From the NCBI GenBank assembly GCA_965216945.1, contig CBDCGU010000003.1, positions 3,868-67,867 on the forward strand: a stretch of 64,000 nucleotides of DNA, given 5' to 3'. Origin of the DNA: Acidimicrobiia bacterium. GTDB lineage: Bacteria > Actinomycetota > Acidimicrobiia > Spongiisociales > UBA5794. The notes beneath the pieces are model-generated. The model was not told the DNA's origin. It worked only from the letters and a program-made list of their open reading frames with translations, and did no database searches. Below are positions 38,970-47,362 of this stretch, one piece after another; the first letter of the stretch is position 1; every line of letters starts with the position of its first letter. A program made the translations under genes and the position numbers.

Positions 38970-39606
38970 GCTTCACCTCCGGGCGGACCTCGATCGGGCG
39001 CCCGCGTCGCTCACCGAATCGCACGAGCGTGGTTTCCAAATCGCCGTAGCCGACCCGGCGATGCTCGAAGCGCAATCCGAGCCGATCGGCGGCAGCCCTC
39101 GCCTTCGCCACGAGCGCCTCCGTGGGTCGTTGCGAGAGGTAGACGAGGCGGGTGTAGTTGCCGAAATACGCATCGAGGAGGTGGGGGTGGCGGTCGAGAC
39201 CGAGCCCGGCCCACATGATGCGATCGAAGTGCTTGGTGAGGTAGTCGGTCAGGTAGAACGTGCCGATCTCCTCATCGGCGAGCGCGGCGAACACCGGCGA
39301 GGTGGCGTAGAACTCGTAACAGTGATCTCCGGGCAGACGGGTGGCGCCGTAGCGGGCGACGATCGGGTCGAGCAGACCGCCGGTGCCGCAGTCGGCATAG
39401 CCGACGAGGACCCGTTCGTACACATCGCCGGCTGCCGCCAGCCTCGCCTCGACGGCGCCGGGGATCCGGTCGGGCCGGTTGTGCAGCGAGGCGGGCAGAC
39501 ACTCGAGCTCGACGTGTTTCCAGCCGCTCGCCCTGATGACGTCGGCCAGCTCGCGGGCGAGGGCGCCGCATGCCAGCACCAGGACCCGGGGTGGAGCGTC
39601 AGACAT
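38959..39606 (-). CDS. DUF1638-domain protein (accessory protein of corrinoid methyltransferase systems)
   Basis: 215 aa. N-terminus VLVLACGALARELADVIRASGW and GYADCGTGGLLD, typical of DUF1638, which co-occurs with MttB-family/corrinoid gene sets. Confidence 0.55.
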   Translation of the reverse strand: MSDAPPRVLVLACGALARELADVIRASGWKHVELECLPASLHNRPDRIPGAVEARLAAAGDVYERVLVGYADCGTGGLLDPIVARYGATRLPGDHCYEFYATSPVFAALADEEIGTFYLTDYLTKHFDRIMWAGLGLDRHPHLLDAYFGNYTRLVYLSQRPTEALVAKARAAADRLGLRFEHRRVGYGDLETTLVRFGERRGRPIEVRPEVKHAG

Positions 39607-40309
39607 CCTCGGACGCCAGCAGGCGGCGGCGGGTCACGAGCTCTTTGGCGGTTTCGGCTGCCACTGCGGCATCGCGGCAGTAGGCGTCGGCGCCGACGGC
39701 GTCGCCGAACTCCTCGTTGAGGGGCGCTCCACCGACCAGCACAAGGTAGTCGTCGCGGATGCCTCTCTCTTTCATCGCCTCGATCACGACTTTCATGTAG
39801 GGCATCGTGGTGGTGAGAAGCGCCGACATCCCCAAGATGTCGGGTTTGTGCTGCTCGAGCGCATCCAGGTACTCGTCGACGTCGGTGTTGATGCCGAGAT
39901 CGACGACGTCGAACCCGGCCCCTTCCAGCATCATCGCCACGAGGTTCTTGCCGATGTCGTGAATGTCGCCTTTGACGGTGCCGATCACGACCTTGCCGAC
40001 GTTGGCGGCGCCGGTCTCGGCGAGCAGCGGCCGGAGGATCTCCATTCCCGCCTTCATCGCATTTGCGGCCAGCAACACCTCCGGGACGAAGAGGATGCCG
40101 TCCCGGAAGTCGATGCCGACGATCCGCATGCCTTCGACCAGGGCCTCGTTGAGCACGTCGCCGGCGGTCCACTCCCGCGACAGGAGGATGTTCGTGCCCT
40201 CGACGATCTCCTCGGCGAGGCCGTCGTAGAGGTCGTCGTGCATCTGTTCGACGAGCTCTTCGTCCGACAGGCTGCTGAGGTCGAGTTCTTGGTCGTGTTC
40301 GTCAGTCAT
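39599..40309 (-). CDS. Cobalamin-binding corrinoid protein (MtgC/MtbC-like)
   Basis: ATG 40309 (MTDEHDQ...). B12-binding cap plus Rossmann domain with the DxHxxG motif (KGDIHDIGKNLV) and MSALLTTT. Confidence 0.8.
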   Translation of the reverse strand: MTDEHDQELDLSSLSDEELVEQMHDDLYDGLAEEIVEGTNILLSREWTAGDVLNEALVEGMRIVGIDFRDGILFVPEVLLAANAMKAGMEILRPLLAETGAANVGKVVIGTVKGDIHDIGKNLVAMMLEGAGFDVVDLGINTDVDEYLDALEQHKPDILGMSALLTTTMPYMKVVIEAMKERGIRDDYLVLVGGAPLNEEFGDAVGADAYCRDAAVAAETAKELVTRRRLLASEDV

Positions 40310-40398
40310 GGTGGTCTCGCGGGGCGGGCTGGTGGCAACCAACCGGTGCCGTCCCACGACCTGGTTTGGCTGTCCTTGATCCGGCCCGATGGTTCCAT

Positions 40399-40426
40399 GA
40401 TACGGAACGGTCCTACATGGTGGAAC
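40399..40426. promoter_or_regulatory. Conserved 28-nt cis-element GATACGGAACGGTCCTACATGGTGGAAC (copy 1) in the corrinoid-operon / dmgdh divergent region
   Basis: 24 of 28 positions are identical to 55267-55294 upstream of fhs. The element is built from overlapping imperfect palindromes of the type GTnCCAC-ATS-GTGGnAC. Confidence 0.5.
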
Positions 40427-40574
40427 ACTACAACACCGGCATCCCCCTCGCCACCCGTTCCGCTGCCGCCGGATCGACCCGGAGTCACATTGAACAGCCC
40501 TCTGGCGGGCCAGTAGCGTGGTTCTGGGAATGCGTCACCCGCCGCCGGCAGGTAGTGTTCCACCATGTAGCATC

Positions 40575-40591
40575 GTGCCACATCGTGGTAC
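40575..40591. promoter_or_regulatory. Palindromic site GTGCCAC-ATC-GTGGTAC immediately upstream of dmgdh
   Basis: 7-3-7 inverted repeat with one mismatch. Related to the sites at 55278-55294 and 57595-57611. Confidence 0.45.
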
Positions 40592-40630
40592 GCCGCGCCC
40601 AGCCACCACCCGCATGAAGGAGCAGACGTC

Positions 40631-43141
40631 GTGAGCGATCTACCCACGAAGGCAAAGGTCGTCGTCGTCGGCGCCGGCATCGTCGGGAACTCGGTCGTGA
40701 AGCATCTCGCCGAGCTCGGGTGGCGTGAGATCGTGCAGCTCGACAAAGGCCCACTCCCCAACCCCGGCGGCTCCACAGGACATGCGTCCAACTTCATCTT
40801 CCCGGTCGACCACAACAAGGAAATGGCCTACCTGACGCTGGACAGCCAGCAGCAGTACGAAGAGATGGGCGTCAACACGACGTGTGGTGGCATCGAAGTG
40901 GCCCGGACCGAGGCGCGCATGGAGGAGCTGAAGCGGCGTATGACGTCCGCCACCGCCTGGGGCATCGAGTCCAGGCTGCTCACCCCGCAGGAGGTGAAGG
41001 AGATGGTGCCGTTCATCGACGAGGGCATCATCCTCGGCGGATGGTACACACCGAGCGTCTCGGTCGTCGACTCCCTACGCGCCGGCACGATCATGCGAGA
41101 ACGTGCCATGGAGCTCGGGGCCCTCACCGTCTCCCCCAACACCGAGGTGACCGACGTCACCGTCGAGGACGGCGCCGTGACGGGAGTCACGACGGACAAG
41201 GGCCACATCGAATGCGAGTACGTCGTGATCGCCTGTGGTGTGTGGAGCCCGCGCATCGCGGCAATGGCGGGAGCGACCATCCCACTGACGCCCGCCGTTC
41301 ACCAGATGATCGACGTGGGGCCGCTCGAGCCGCTGCAGTCGACCAACAACGAGATCGGCTACCCGATCGTGCGCGACATGGACACGTTCTGCTACGAAAG
41401 ACAGACGGCGGGTTCCATGGAGGTCGGCTCGTACGCCCACCGACCGATCTTCCACCACCCCGACACGATCCCCTCGATCGAGGAGTCGCGGCTCTCCCCC
41501 ACCGAGCTGCCGCTGACGATGGACGACTTCGACCCCCAACTCGAACAGGCCCTGGAGCTGATGCCGTTCCTCGGCGACGCCGAGATCAAATACGGCATCA
41601 ACGGATTGCTCTCCCTGACACCGGATGCGATGCCCCTCGTCGGCGAGACGGTCGAGGTACGAAACCTCTGGTCGTGTGCCGCCATCTGGATCAAGGAGGG
41701 CCCGGGCACGGGCCGGGCGCTCGCCGAGTGGATGACCTATGGCTATCCGGAGATCGACCCGCACGCCTCGGACATCGCCCGTTTCTACACCTACCAGCGG
41801 AGCGAGCATCACATCCTCGAGCGCTGCGCCGAGCACTTCAACAAGACATACGGCATCGTTCACCCGCGCGAGCAGTGGGACTCGGAGCGGCTGAGCCGGA
41901 TCGCCCCGTTTCACGTGCGGACTCAAGCGCTGGGCGCCGTCTACTTCGAGGCCGGAGGGTGGGAGCGGCCCCACTGGTACGAGAGCAATACCCCGCTGCT
42001 GGAGAAGTACGCCGACCAGATCCCGGAGCGTCCCCACGAGTGGGATGCCCGATGGTGGTCGCCGATTCAGAACGCCGAGCACCTCGCCCTCCGCGAGAGC
42101 GTCGGAATGGTCGACGTGACAGCGTTCGCCATCTTCGACTTCACCGGACCTGGAGTGGTCGACTACATCGAGAAGATGGCGGTGAACAAGTGCGACCGAC
42201 CCGTCGGCGCGGCGATCTACACACCGCTGTTGAACGAGCAGGGAGGGTTCCGCTCCGACCTGACCATCATGCGCCTCGGCGACAGGCACTTCCGGGTCGT
42301 CACGGGTGGATTCGACGGAGGACGCGACAAGTACTGGTTCCGCAAGTGGCTGCCGCACGATGGGTCGGTGGTGATGGAGGACATGACATCCGCGATCTGC
42401 ACGGTCGGCGTGTGGGGCCCCAACGCCCGCAACCTCGTGAGCACGGTCACCCGCGACGACATCTCCAACGAAGGCTTCCGCTACGGCTCCGTCAAGCAGG
42501 TGACCATCGGGTCCATCCCATGCACGATGTTCAGGATCTCCTACGTCGGTGATCTGGGCTGGGAGATCTACACCAACATGGAGCACGGTCTGAAGCTGTG
42601 GGACCTCCTCTGGGAGGCCGGCCAGGAGTTCGGCGTGGTCCCGGTCGGAGCCGGGGTCTACGGGACGACGGGGCGGCTCGAGAAGGGATACCGGCTGATG
42701 GGAGCCGAGCTCGAGTCCGAGTACACGCCGATCGAGGCCGGTCTGGCCCGGCCCAAGGTGAAGGCCGCCGACTTCATCGGCAAGGCGGCCTATCTCGCCG
42801 CCCGCGAGGAAGAGCCCGCCGCCATCTGCTGCACGCTCACGATGGAGTCGCACGTCTCCGACTCCGGTATTGCCCGGTTCCCGATGGGCGGCAACGAACC
42901 GATCCTCACGCTCGACGGCCGGCGCATCGTCGATGGCAAGGGCCGAGTCTCGCGAGTCACCAGCGCCGGCGCCGGTCCCTCGGTCGGCAAATACCTGCTT
43001 CTCGGATACCTGCCGCCCGAGTACGCCGTCGTGGGCACCGAGTTGCAGATCATGTACCAGAACGAGTTGTTCCCGGTGAAGGTGGCCGTAGCCGGGAGCA
43101 CACCGCTGTTCGATCCCGACGACACGCGCATGAAGGCCTGA
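40631..43141 (+). CDS. Dimethylglycine/sarcosine dehydrogenase family (FAD oxidase domain + GcvT-like folate-binding domain)
   Basis: 836 aa. Dinucleotide fold VVVVGAGIVGNS. GGSTGHASN carries the conserved His for covalent FAD. C-terminal aminomethyltransferase-like domain. GTG start with a GAAGGAG RBS. Confidence 0.85.
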   Translation: MSDLPTKAKVVVVGAGIVGNSVVKHLAELGWREIVQLDKGPLPNPGGSTGHASNFIFPVDHNKEMAYLTLDSQQQYEEMGVNTTCGGIEVARTEARMEELKRRMTSATAWGIESRLLTPQEVKEMVPFIDEGIILGGWYTPSVSVVDSLRAGTIMRERAMELGALTVSPNTEVTDVTVEDGAVTGVTTDKGHIECEYVVIACGVWSPRIAAMAGATIPLTPAVHQMIDVGPLEPLQSTNNEIGYPIVRDMDTFCYERQTAGSMEVGSYAHRPIFHHPDTIPSIEESRLSPTELPLTMDDFDPQLEQALELMPFLGDAEIKYGINGLLSLTPDAMPLVGETVEVRNLWSCAAIWIKEGPGTGRALAEWMTYGYPEIDPHASDIARFYTYQRSEHHILERCAEHFNKTYGIVHPREQWDSERLSRIAPFHVRTQALGAVYFEAGGWERPHWYESNTPLLEKYADQIPERPHEWDARWWSPIQNAEHLALRESVGMVDVTAFAIFDFTGPGVVDYIEKMAVNKCDRPVGAAIYTPLLNEQGGFRSDLTIMRLGDRHFRVVTGGFDGGRDKYWFRKWLPHDGSVVMEDMTSAICTVGVWGPNARNLVSTVTRDDISNEGFRYGSVKQVTIGSIPCTMFRISYVGDLGWEIYTNMEHGLKLWDLLWEAGQEFGVVPVGAGVYGTTGRLEKGYRLMGAELESEYTPIEAGLARPKVKAADFIGKAAYLAAREEEPAAICCTLTMESHVSDSGIARFPMGGNEPILTLDGRRIVDGKGRVSRVTSAGAGPSVGKYLLLGYLPPEYAVVGTELQIMYQNELFPVKVAVAGSTPLFDPDDTRMKA

Positions 43142-43143
43142 CG

Positions 43144-43911
43144 ATGCGTGTGCTGGTGTGTGTCAAGCGTGTGCCGGCCCCAGGGGCCAAGATCGCCGTC
43201 ACCCCGGACGGGCGAGACGTCGACACCAATCTCCTCGGGTTCACCGTCAGCCCCCACGAGGAGTGTGCGGTGGAGGAAGCGGTCCGCATCGTCGAGAACC
43301 ATGGCGGCAGCGCCACCGTGCTCACGCTTGGGCCCCCCGAAGCCGAGGAGCAAATCCGCACGGCCTACTCGGTGGGTGCCACACACGGGGTGCTGATCGA
43401 AACGCCCGTCACCGACTGGGAGCCCATCGCCACGGCATCAGCCATCACGGCGACGGTTCAGGAGCTGGAGGCAAGGGACGGACCATTCGACCTGCTGCTG
43501 TTCGGCAACGAGTCGGCCGACTCGGGAGGATTCCAGGTCGGCATCCGCGTCGCAAGAGCGCTTGGTCGCCCCATCGTCTCAGGCATCAAGGGCATCGACA
43601 TCGGCGACGGCACGATCACAGCCCGACGGGAGACACCGCACGGCTCCGAGGTCTACGAGGTACCACTCCCGGCGGCGGTCGCCGTCAAAGAAGGAATCAA
43701 CCTGCCCCGCTACCCGACCCTCAAGACCCGCATGTCGGCCAAGAAGCTCCCGGTGGAGAAGACGGCCGCCGAGCCGGCACCGGGGCCGCAGTCAAAGGTC
43801 AGGTTCGAGGCGCCGCCTCAGGTGGCTTCGTCCGTGGAGATCCTCGGGAACGGGCCGGATGCGGCACGTGCCGTGGTCGACGTGCTGGAAGAGCTGGGGA
43901 TCGTCGGATGA
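43144..43911 (+). CDS. etfB: Electron transfer flavoprotein beta subunit
   Basis: MRVLVCVKRVP...LLLFGNESADSGGFQVG...LPRYPTLKTRMSAKKLPVE. Its stop overlaps the etfA start. Confidence 0.85.
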   Translation: MRVLVCVKRVPAPGAKIAVTPDGRDVDTNLLGFTVSPHEECAVEEAVRIVENHGGSATVLTLGPPEAEEQIRTAYSVGATHGVLIETPVTDWEPIATASAITATVQELEARDGPFDLLLFGNESADSGGFQVGIRVARALGRPIVSGIKGIDIGDGTITARRETPHGSEVYEVPLPAAVAVKEGINLPRYPTLKTRMSAKKLPVEKTAAEPAPGPQSKVRFEAPPQVASSVEILGNGPDAARAVVDVLEELGIVG

Positions 43912-44879
43912 CGTATCTCTATCTCCTCGAGCACGACCGTGGCGAGATGAACGATGCGACATTGGGTGGGCTGACCGCCGCCGTCGAGCTGGCTCGCGGC
44001 CACGGGACGGTGGTCGACGTCGCCGTCTTGGGAAGGAGTGGTGACGCGCTTGCGGCGGACCTCGCCGGCTCGGGAGCCGCCACGGTCCATCAGGTCCACC
44101 ACGAGCTGCTCGCCGACTACGGACCGGACGCTTGGGCAGAGGCCCTGAGCGCCCTGGGAGACGCAGTGGGAGCGACCGCCTATCTCGCCACGGGCACCGA
44201 TCGGGGCAACGAGGTGCTGGCCCACGTGGCGGCGATCGCCGGCACTGCGATGGTCGCCAACTGCCTCGATGTCCACGACACCGGCGAAGCGTGGGAAGTC
44301 AAGCGCCTGCGCTGGGGCGGGAGCCTGCACGAGATCACCCGGCTCGAAGCTCCGCTGAGGATTGCCACATTTGCCCCACACACCACCGAACCCAAGACCG
44401 TGTCGGGTGACGCTCCCACGATCACCACATTCACCCCGGATCTCAGCGAGCGCGCTGCGATCACTCTGGTGCGGGATCGGGTCGTGACCGCCGAGGGTGT
44501 CACCCTGGCCACCGCACCCGTGGTGGTCAGCGGCGGGCGCGGCGTCGGCAGCGCCGAAGGCTTCGCCGCTCTCGAGGAACTGGCGGATCTGGTGAATGGA
44601 GTCGTGGGTTGCAGCCGTGTCGTGACCAACAACGGGTGGCGGCCGCACTCCGATCAGGTCGGGCAGACCGGTACCGTGGTCGCCCCCGATCTGTACATCG
44701 CATGCGGCATCTCCGGCGCCGTCCAGCACTGGGTTGGCATGATGAACGCCAAACACGTCTTGGCCATCAACACGGATCCGGAAGCCCCGATGGTCACCAA
44801 GGCCGACTGGGCGGTGGTCGCCGACCTGCACGCAGTGCTCCCCGCCGTGGTCGAGGAGATCAAGCGCCGCAGGGGTTGA
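43908..44879 (+). CDS. etfA: Electron transfer flavoprotein alpha subunit
   Basis: C-terminal FAD-binding domain [15 protein letters not shown]...[20 protein letters not shown]. Confidence 0.85.
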   Translation: MTYLYLLEHDRGEMNDATLGGLTAAVELARGHGTVVDVAVLGRSGDALAADLAGSGAATVHQVHHELLADYGPDAWAEALSALGDAVGATAYLATGTDRGNEVLAHVAAIAGTAMVANCLDVHDTGEAWEVKRLRWGGSLHEITRLEAPLRIATFAPHTTEPKTVSGDAPTITTFTPDLSERAAITLVRDRVVTAEGVTLATAPVVVSGGRGVGSAEGFAALEELADLVNGVVGCSRVVTNNGWRPHSDQVGQTGTVVAPDLYIACGISGAVQHWVGMMNAKHVLAINTDPEAPMVTKADWAVVADLHAVLPAVVEEIKRRRG

Positions 44880-44890
44880 GCGACCCCGTA

Positions 44891-44944
44891 CCCGTTCTTG
44901 CGTAGCTCATGGCGGCATTCCGCCGTGAGCTACGCAAGAACGGG
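44891..44944 (+). terminator. Large hairpin (19-bp perfect stem with a structured 16-nt loop) just after etfA; candidate intrinsic terminator without a U-tract
   Basis: CCCGTTCTTGCGTAGCTCA-[TGGCGGCATTCCGCCG]-TGAGCTACGCAAGAACGGG begins 12 nt after the etfA stop. Confidence 0.5.
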
Positions 44945-45067
44945 CCGCGATCGCCCTCGCTCGACCCAGCACGACGCACAACGGAACGATCAGTCGTCGA
45001 TCACCTGTCAGAATTCCGGTGTAGGCGAACAATCAACAGATGAGACCGACACCGGGGAGCAGATCCG

Positions 45068-45613
45068 GTGCCCGACACCACGAGAACCCGGTTCACCCGC
45101 CTCTACGAGGAGTATTACGACGACGTGCTCGCCTACTGCAGCCGCCGCATCGGCCCAACCGAGGCCGACGACGCCACCGCCGACGTGTTCGCCGTGGCCT
45201 GGCGCCGCATCGATGACATCGAATGGCCTACGGTGCGTCCCTGGCTGTACGGCGTCGCGCGCGGCGTCCTCGCCAATCGTCTTCGGTCGAGTGGGCGACG
45301 GAGGCGGCTGCTGGATCGCATTTCCGGCATGGCTCCCGTCTTCGAGGAGCTGCCCGAGGTGCAGGTGGTGCGACGCGCCCAGGACGAAGCCATCATCGCC
45401 GCCGTGCAGAGTCTCAAACCCACCGATCAGGAGGTGCTCTTGCTCGCCGCATGGGAGGAGCTCAAGGCACCCGAGATCGCACAGGCGCTCGGAATCTCCA
45501 CGTCGGCGGCAGAGCAGCGCCTGCATCGCGCCAAGAGGCGTCTTGCGGCGGCGCTGCCCTCGCACCAGGCCTCCACCAACCAGCCGCTGCGCTCCGGCGA
45601 TGGAGGCCGATGA
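45068..45613 (+). CDS. ECF-subfamily RNA polymerase sigma-70 factor
   Basis: 181 aa. Region 2 (YYDDVLAYCSRR...ADDATADVFAVAW) and region 4 HTH (ELKAPEIAQALGISTSAAEQRLHRAKRRL). Confidence 0.75.
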   Translation: MPDTTRTRFTRLYEEYYDDVLAYCSRRIGPTEADDATADVFAVAWRRIDDIEWPTVRPWLYGVARGVLANRLRSSGRRRRLLDRISGMAPVFEELPEVQVVRRAQDEAIIAAVQSLKPTDQEVLLLAAWEELKAPEIAQALGISTSAAEQRLHRAKRRLAAALPSHQASTNQPLRSGDGGR

Positions 45614-46695
45614 TGTCCGTCGAGGCAGCCTTCCGACAGCTTCAGGAAGCAAACCCGGTGCCTGAGCCCGGGGCGCTCAGACGGCAGCGCCGGGGCGCAG
45701 CCGACTTCCACGCCGAGGCCAAGCGAAGGAGCACGACCTTGCAGACACAGCAGATCCCTCGCGTCGCCACCCGCCCCGACGAGTCACATCGGCACTCGAG
45801 ACGGTGGGCGGCAGCCCTCGCCTCCGGCGTCGGACTGCTGGCCGTGTTCGTCATCTTCTCCGGAATCGGCGACCGTGGATTGGACACCGTCGCCGGGGAG
45901 GGTGTCTTGACGGTCGATGTGCTCACCGACCTCGACATGTCGCCATTCACCGATGCAACCGGGGACGTCGCCACCGGCTTCGACATCGACCTCCTTGCAG
46001 AGATGGCTCGGCGCAGCGGCCTCACCCTCGCTACCTCCGAGAGCCTGAGCGTGTTCTCCGCACAGCCCCAGGCGCACCTCTTCCTGGCGGAGTTCGGGAC
46101 GGTCGACGTGACGACCCGCGGGTACCGGGCGGACATCTACAGGTATGCAGACGCCATCAACGTGAGCGGTGACCGGCTGGAACGCCAAGCCCGATTCACC
46201 GACCCCTACTTCCTCCAGGACTTCGCATTGATCGTCGATCCTCAGGCGTCGCCCGATGTGACGTCTACCGCCGACCTGACCGCCGGCGATGTCGTGGCCG
46301 CTTGGGGTGATGCCAATGCGTCCTTTTGGATCGACGACAATCTCGCACCAAGGGGCATCGTGCCCGGCTACGTATTCGACGCAGGACCACGCCGGCCGGG
46401 CTCGGCGTCTCCGCAGACACCATTGGACTCCGTCGCCGCCGGCGAGGCGGTGGCTGCCATCGTGCACTCCGCCATCGCATCCGACTTGCTGCAGCAGCAT
46501 CCGCACCTGAGCGTCGTCGACGTCATCGACGCCAACGTCCCGCTCGGCTTCGCCGTCGACCCGGACAACCCGGCGCTCCTGATGGCGCTCAACCGAGCGC
46601 TGGCGGAGATGATCGAAGATGGCTCCTATCAGGCGATCTACGACACGTGGTTCGACGATCCAAGCGGGAGCGTGGCCGCAGGAGAACGCAGCTGA
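45610..46695 (+). CDS. Putative anti-sigma factor: N-terminal cytoplasmic segment, single TM, extracytoplasmic family-3 solute-binding-protein-like (SBP_bac_3) domain
   Basis: ATGATG start overlapping the sigma-factor stop. TM segment AAALASGVGLLAVFVIF. Periplasmic region with GFDIDLLAEMARRSGL...AAIVHSAIASDLL, amino-acid-binding-protein-like. Confidence 0.5.
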   Translation: MMSVEAAFRQLQEANPVPEPGALRRQRRGAADFHAEAKRRSTTLQTQQIPRVATRPDESHRHSRRWAAALASGVGLLAVFVIFSGIGDRGLDTVAGEGVLTVDVLTDLDMSPFTDATGDVATGFDIDLLAEMARRSGLTLATSESLSVFSAQPQAHLFLAEFGTVDVTTRGYRADIYRYADAINVSGDRLERQARFTDPYFLQDFALIVDPQASPDVTSTADLTAGDVVAAWGDANASFWIDDNLAPRGIVPGYVFDAGPRRPGSASPQTPLDSVAAGEAVAAIVHSAIASDLLQQHPHLSVVDVIDANVPLGFAVDPDNPALLMALNRALAEMIEDGSYQAIYDTWFDDPSGSVAAGERS

Positions 46696-47153
46696 TGAAA
46701 GCGATCGATGCCGCCGTCTGGAACAGCACGTCGTTCTGGAGTGAGGACGCAGAGCACGAGTTCGCCCGGGCTCGGCGGCGCGCCACCCGAGAACGGTTGC
46801 TCGCCTGGGTGCTGAATCGTTGCGCCCGGTTGGAGTCCTTCGATGCGCTTCGCACCCGGCGCCGGCTGCTGCCGACAGCGGGACGCCGTATCGCCACCGT
46901 GCCGCTGGATCGCATCGTGGGCACATTGGGGAAGGGCGAGTTGTTCACGCGGTCGTTCCATCCGAAGGCGAACCGTCTCAAGGCCCGCTGGAAGAGCGTG
47001 TACGCCCTGGTTCGCGGCCTGCGCGGATCAGATCCTGTCGAGCTGTACGAGGTGGGCGACGTCTACTACGTGGTGGACGGCCACTTCCGCATCTCGGTGG
47101 CGCGTTCCCTGAAGTCGCCGTCGATCGAAGCCAGCATCCGCCGCTGGCAGTAG
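46695..47153 (+). CDS. Hypothetical protein with a ParB/sulfiredoxin-like DGHxR motif
   Basis: 152 aa ending ...VGDVYYVVDGHFRISVARSLK. Its start overlaps the upstream stop by 1 nt. Confidence 0.35.
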   Translation: MKAIDAAVWNSTSFWSEDAEHEFARARRRATRERLLAWVLNRCARLESFDALRTRRRLLPTAGRRIATVPLDRIVGTLGKGELFTRSFHPKANRLKARWKSVYALVRGLRGSDPVELYEVGDVYYVVDGHFRISVARSLKSPSIEASIRRWQ

Positions 47154-47362
47154 CCCGGGCGCACCATTGCCATCGCATGCATCTCTGCTAACTTCCACGT
47201 CAGAAACAGCGCCAGATTTGACTCGTCAGCTTGCGGGCGCTCTAGAAGTACAGCTAAAGCGACACGGCACGAGCCGCTTGCTTTAGCAGCGGCTCTTCTC
47301 TTTGGAGCCTCTGCTTCGGCCCGCACCCCGGCGAGCGAATCTCGAGGGGGATCGGAGACGGT

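Noticed and set aside
41075-42853. 592-aa minus-strand ORF and the 556-aa plus-strand ORF 40882..42552
   Set aside because: Both overlap the dimethylglycine dehydrogenase gene in other frames. The DMGDH frame has coherent FAD and GcvT motifs, so these are GC-driven shadow ORFs.
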